64,000 nt of DNA from Candidatus Eiseniibacteriota bacterium. Its GTDB lineage: Bacteria > Eisenbacteria > RBG-16-71-46 > CAIMUX01 > VGJL01. Position 1 is the stretch's first letter, and every line of letters begins with the position of its first letter. The notes beneath the pieces were generated by a model. That model did no database searches, was not told the DNA's origin, and saw only the letters and a list, made by a program, of their open reading frames with translations. The position numbers and the translations under genes were made by a program. Positions 59,415 through 64,000 of this stretch are shown here, in pieces. The DNA lies in NCBI GenBank assembly GCA_963792585.1, contig CAWBWI010000002.1, forward strand, positions 128,001 through 192,000, in the 5' to 3' direction.

Positions 59415-59977
59415 ACCCCGCCCTCGAGCTCTCGTTGGAGCCAGCCACGGAGGACGATCCAATCGCGCTTGGCCGTCGCGGTGGAGACTCCGAGCGCGGT
59501 CGCAGTCTCATCGATCGTCATTCCGGCGAAGAACCGGCACTCAACCATGCGTGCGTGCCGCGGGTTCAGCGTGGCGAGATTCTTGAGGGCGGCGTCGAGG
59601 TCGAGGATGCGGTCCGCCTCGACGACGGGGAAGTCGGCAGCCTCCGAGAGCGAGACATGCAGGGCGCCCCCTCCGCGCTTAGCGCGTTTGCGCCTGCGGG
59701 CGTAGCTGACGAGGATGTTCCTCATGACTTGAGCAGCAATCGCCAGGAAGTGGGCGCGCGATTGCCACTGTACGCGATCGAGCTGAACGAGCTCGAGGTA
59801 GGCCTCGTTGACGAGCGCCATCGTGTCGAGGGTGTGGCCCTTGCGCTCGAGCCGAAGCTTGGCGCGGGCGATGCGCCGGAGCTCGCTGTGGACCAAGGGA
59901 AGAAGCTCGTTCAGAGCCTGCGGGTCACCATCGCGCAACAAGATGAGGAGGTCGGTGACGCTACCGGGATTCTTCAT
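59411..59977 (-). CDS. ECF sigma factor (kinase-associated type)
   Basis: VTDLL, ALVNEAYL, QSRAHF, ARRRKRAKRGGG, RFFAG, KRDW. Confidence 0.92.
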   Translation of the reverse strand: MKNPGSVTDLLILLRDGDPQALNELLPLVHSELRRIARAKLRLERKGHTLDTMALVNEAYLELVQLDRVQWQSRAHFLAIAAQVMRNILVSYARRRKRAKRGGGALHVSLSEAADFPVVEADRILDLDAALKNLATLNPRHARMVECRFFAGMTIDETATALGVSTATAKRDWIVLRGWLQRELEGGV

Positions 59978-60238
59978 GCCATGCCTCCGAGCCGCCGGAG
60001 CACCGCCACCTCCTCGAGCGGAGCTGCCCCGTTGGCCAACCGACTCGCAACTCATTGTAGGACAACAATGTGGATGCTGCAATCGAGTGCTGGTCGGAGG
60101 CGATGAGCCATTCCCTCGGGATTTGGCGCTATCCGGGGCGAGACCCTTGGATGTCGCTGGCCGTGCGGGCTCCCTTCGGGGAGGGCGATCACTACCGACC
60201 CGCGTCCACGAACGAGAAGGGAGAAGAGGGAGTCGACC

Positions 60239-63200
60239 ATGTTCACGAGCTCGAATGTTTGCCGACGGGGGATCCTCGCCTGTGCGACCGCTTGCATCCT
60301 CACGATATCCGCTGCCATGAGCATCTTCTGGACTGTCCCGGGATTGCGGTCCGATGCCGTCGCCGCCCCGGGCCCTGCTCGATCCGCAGGCCCAGCCCAG
60401 ATTCCAGATGATGCCCGCAGGGGGGCGCTGGTGCCCATGCCAGAGCCCCTCCCTTCCGACCTTCGGCAGGTGGGAGCGGAGGAATCCTGGTGGCAGGCGG
60501 TTACGGCCGACCTCGCGCGCCGGGAGTACGAGGCGTCGACCACGGAGCAAGGTCTCCAGGCTCCCAACCGCGCCCACAACCTGCGGACGACCTTCGGCGA
60601 GCGGGGGATCGAAGTCGTCCCGCGGACGAGCAAAGATGTGTCTCCGGCGTGGCGGTTCGCGTGGGAGACGAGCGGCATCGGACGTGCAGGTTCCATGCAA
60701 AGCTCGGAACCGGTTTCCCCCGAGTCCGAGCGGAACCGCGTGACCTACCGGCGCGACGGATGGAGCGAGTGGTACGAGAACACGGCAAAGGGGCTCGAGC
60801 AGGGTTTCACGATCGAGCGGAGGCCCGGGGGCGAAGGTCTGCTACGGATCGCCGGCGGTTTTCCGGCGGCGCTGCGAGCCGAGGTGCGCGCGGATGGGGC
60901 GGTCGATTTCATCGACAGCCACGGCGTCTGCACGATCCGTTATGGAGAGTTGCACGTGTGGGACGCGCGAGGCCTTGAGCTCACCTCGGAACTCGTGATC
61001 GCTGAGGCGGCGCTGGCCATCGTGATCGATGATCGAGACGCGAAGTACCCGCTCACGATCGATCCGCTCATGACCTCCCCGGCCTGGACCGCGGAGAGCG
61101 ACCAGGCGTTCGCTCAGTTCGGCTTCTCGGTGGCGACGGCGGGGGACGTGAACGGGGACGGGTTCTCGGATGTCATCGTCGGTTCCTTGTTCTTCGACAA
61201 TGGCCAGGCGGACGAGGGTCGGGCCTTCGTGTATCAAGGCTCGGCGGGGGGTCTGAGCATCACTCCCAGCTGGACCGTCGAAGGCAATCAGATCGAACGC
61301 TTGGTTCGGCTACTCGGTGGCGACGGCGGGGGACGTGAATGGGGACGGGTTCGGCGACGTGATCGTCGGCGTCGATATCTTCCGACAACGGGCAGACCGA
61401 TGAGGGGCGGGCATTCGTCTATCACGGCTCGGCGGGAGGGCTGAGCGCCACCCCCAACTGGACGGCCGAGAGCGACCAGGCGAAGCGCCGACTTCGGCGT
61501 CTCGGTGGCGACAGCGGGAGACGTGAACGGGGACGGTTTCAGCGATGTCATCGTCGGCGCCTATCTCTTCGACAACGGCCAGTCCGACGAGGGACGGGCG
61601 TTCGTCTACCACGGCTCGGCCGGGGGTCTGAGCCTCGCCGCCACTGGACTGCCGAGGGCGACCAGGCCATCGCCGTCTTCGGCATCTCGGTGGCGACGGC
61701 GGGGGACGTGAACGGTGACGGATTCAGCGACGTGATCGTCGGCGCGTCCAACTTCGACAACGGCCAGACCGACGAAGGGCGGACGTTCGTCTATCACGGC
61801 TCGTCGAGCGGTCTGAGTTTCACTCCCAACTGGACCGCGGAGGGCGACCAGGTCGAGCGCCTACTTCGGCCAATCGGTGGCGGCGTGCTGGGGACGTGAA
61901 CGGGGACGGCTTCTCCGACGTCATCGTCGGCGCCCACGACTACGACAACGGGCAGAGCGACGAGGGGCGGGCGTTCGTCTACCAGGGTCGGCGGCGGGTC
62001 TGGCCGCCACCCCCGCGTGGACGGCGGAGAGCGACCAGGCCAACGCCGACTTCGGCATCTCGGTGGCGACGGCCGGGGACGTGAACGGCGACGGGTACGC
62101 GCGACGTGATCGTCGGCGCGGGCGTCTTCGACAACGGGCAGAGCGATGAGGGGCGGGTCTTCGTCTACCACGGCTCGGCGGCGGGGCTTGGCACAAGCGC
62201 CGCCTGGACCGCGGAGCCGAACCAGAGCAATGCTCGGTTCGGCAGCTCCGTGGCGACGGCCGGGGACGTGAACGGTGACGGGTTCTCGGACGTCATCGTC
62301 GGTGCCCCGTCCTTCAACGGCGGCCAATCCGAGGAGGGGCGAGCCTTCGTCTACCACGGCTCGGCGGCGGGCTTGGCCCTCTTGCCCGCGTGGACCAAGG
62401 AGAGTGACCAGACCGACGCCTACTTCGGTTTCTCCGTGGGGGCTGCAGGGGACGTGAACGGCGACGGGTACGGCGACGTGCTCGTCGGCGCCCCTCGGTA
62501 CGACAACGGTGAGCTGGATGAGGGGCGCGCCTTCGTCTACATGGGCTCGCCCGCTGGGCTCGCCGGCACACCCGCCTGGACTGCGGAAGGTGACCAGGAG
62601 GGCGCTTCCTTCGGAATCTCCGCGGCCACGGCGGGGGACGTGAACGGGGACGGCTACTCCGACATCATCGTCGGCTCCCACTTGTACGACAACGGTGAGA
62701 TCAATGAAGGAGCGGCCTTTGTCTACCTCGGGTCGTCCACGGGCCTGGCGACCACGCCCGCGTGGACGACGGAGAGCAACCAAGCAGATGCCTTCTTGGG
62801 CCTTCCCGCTCAAACGGCCGGGGACGTCAATGGCGACGGCTATTCCGACGTCGTGGTCGGCGCTTCCTTCTTCGACGGCGGGCAGGTCGAAGAGGGACGG
62901 GCCTATGTCTACGAGGGTTCGGCCGCGGGTCTCTCCGACACCCCCGCGTGGATCGCGGAAGGAGATCAGGTGAACGCCCTGTTCGGCACTTGGGTGGCGT
63001 CGGCGGGTGATGTGAACGGTGACGGTTTCTCCGATGTCGCCGTCGGTGCTAGCTTCTTCAGCAACGGGGAAGAGCGGGAGGGGCGCGCCTACGTTTACCA
63101 AGGCTCTGCGGACGGACTGGCCACCACGCCGGCATGGACCGCCGAGAGCAACCAGGCCGATGCCCGCTTCGGCGGTCGTGTGGAGACAGCGGGGGACGTG

Positions 63201-64000
63201 AACGGCGACGGCTATTCCGACATCATCGTCGGGGCCCATTTGTACCACAACGGGCAGTCCAGCGAAGGGGGTGCTTTCCTATACCAAGGCTCGCCTGCGG
63301 GTTTGGCAGTCTCGCCAGCGTGGACGGCTGAGAGCAATCAGGCTGGCGCCCAGTTCGGGATCTCGGTGGGGACCGCGGGGGACGTGAACAGCGACGGCTT
63401 CTCCGACGTCATCGTGAGCGCCTATTGGTACGAGAACGGGCAGGCCGCCGAGGGGCGGGCCTTCGTCTACCTGGGCTCGGCCGAAGGTCTGTCCACCCTC
63501 CCTGACTGGACTGCGGAGGGCGACCGCGTCGGAGCGAGGTTCGGCAGCCAGGTAGGCACGGCGGGGGACGTGAACGGTGACGGCTACTCCGACGTCATCG
63601 TCGGCGCCTACCAGTTCAGCAACGGGCAAGTCGAAGAGGGTCGAGCGTTCCTTTTCTACGGCAACGGGGGCGGCGGCCTCGTTCGACTCCCCCGCCAAGC
63701 GCGCACCGACGACTCTGCTCCGATCTCGCTCCTCGGGACCTCGGACTCCGAGTCAGCCTTTCGGGTCAAGGCTCTTGGCCGAACCGCCGCGGGACGGGGT
63801 CGGGTCCAGCTCCAGATCGAGGTGAAGCCCGCCGGTACGCCGTTCGATGGGTCAGGCGTTGTGACGACGCCGGCCGTCGACACCGGCATGCCGACGGCTA
63901 ACGGCAGCGCCGTGCCTCTCACCGAGCTCGCGAGCGGCTTGACCGCGGAGACTCTCTACCACTGGCGACTTCGGGTCGACGCCGACTCGCCGTTCTTCCC
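60239..64000 (+). CDS. Secreted FG-GAP/integrin-alpha repeat protein (several frameshifts at about 61300-62100; runs off window)
   Basis: About 13-14 tandem repeats of FGxSVATAGDVNGDGFSDVIVGA...EGRAFVY.GS at about 180 bp period. Confidence 0.9.

Noticed and set aside
61794..63248. Long antisense ORFs (this one, 55731-56618, 57600-58664 and similar)
   Set aside because: Shadow frames of GC-rich genes on the opposite strand.
61080..63660. ~180-bp tandem repeats as a possible array
   Set aside because: Protein-coding FG-GAP repeats with synonymous-type variation.

Overview
GC-rich bacterial DNA. The secreted FG-GAP and S8 proteins resemble those of Ca. Eisenbacteria-like lineages (inference only). 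About 1-55,712 looks like the right part of a large mosaic genomic/defence island ending at a 3' fragment of tmRNA (ssrA attR-like site, 55690-55712). From left to right it holds: (i) a serine-recombinase element whose leftward operon has XRE, two paralogous Rep-like wHTH proteins and two tandem RuvC-like nucleases separated by a structured spacer, with a Rad52-like annealase further left and SPARTA (TIR-APAZ + short pAgo) as cargo; (ii) a GGDEF gene and a Liv-type ABC operon with an embedded N-methyltransferase and B12 radical SAM enzyme; (iii) a TPR-CHAT protease plus an EACC1-like small protein; (iv) an Mrr-like nuclease; (v) a short (E2-only) CBASS with an HNH-SAVED effector and CapH/CapP; (vi) an operon of DUF6119-like, unknown and MfnB-like genes; (vii) secreted proteins, a truncated SIR2 gene and many IS elements or remnants (IS21, IS3, IS66, IS1380, IS30, IS256). 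Four co-oriented copies or relics of a khpA-bearing repeat punctuate the island. Right of the att site lie a Ser/Thr kinase-ATPase-TPR gene, an ECF sigma factor and a frameshifted FG-GAP repeat gene. All family calls come from motif recognition by eye; no searches were run.
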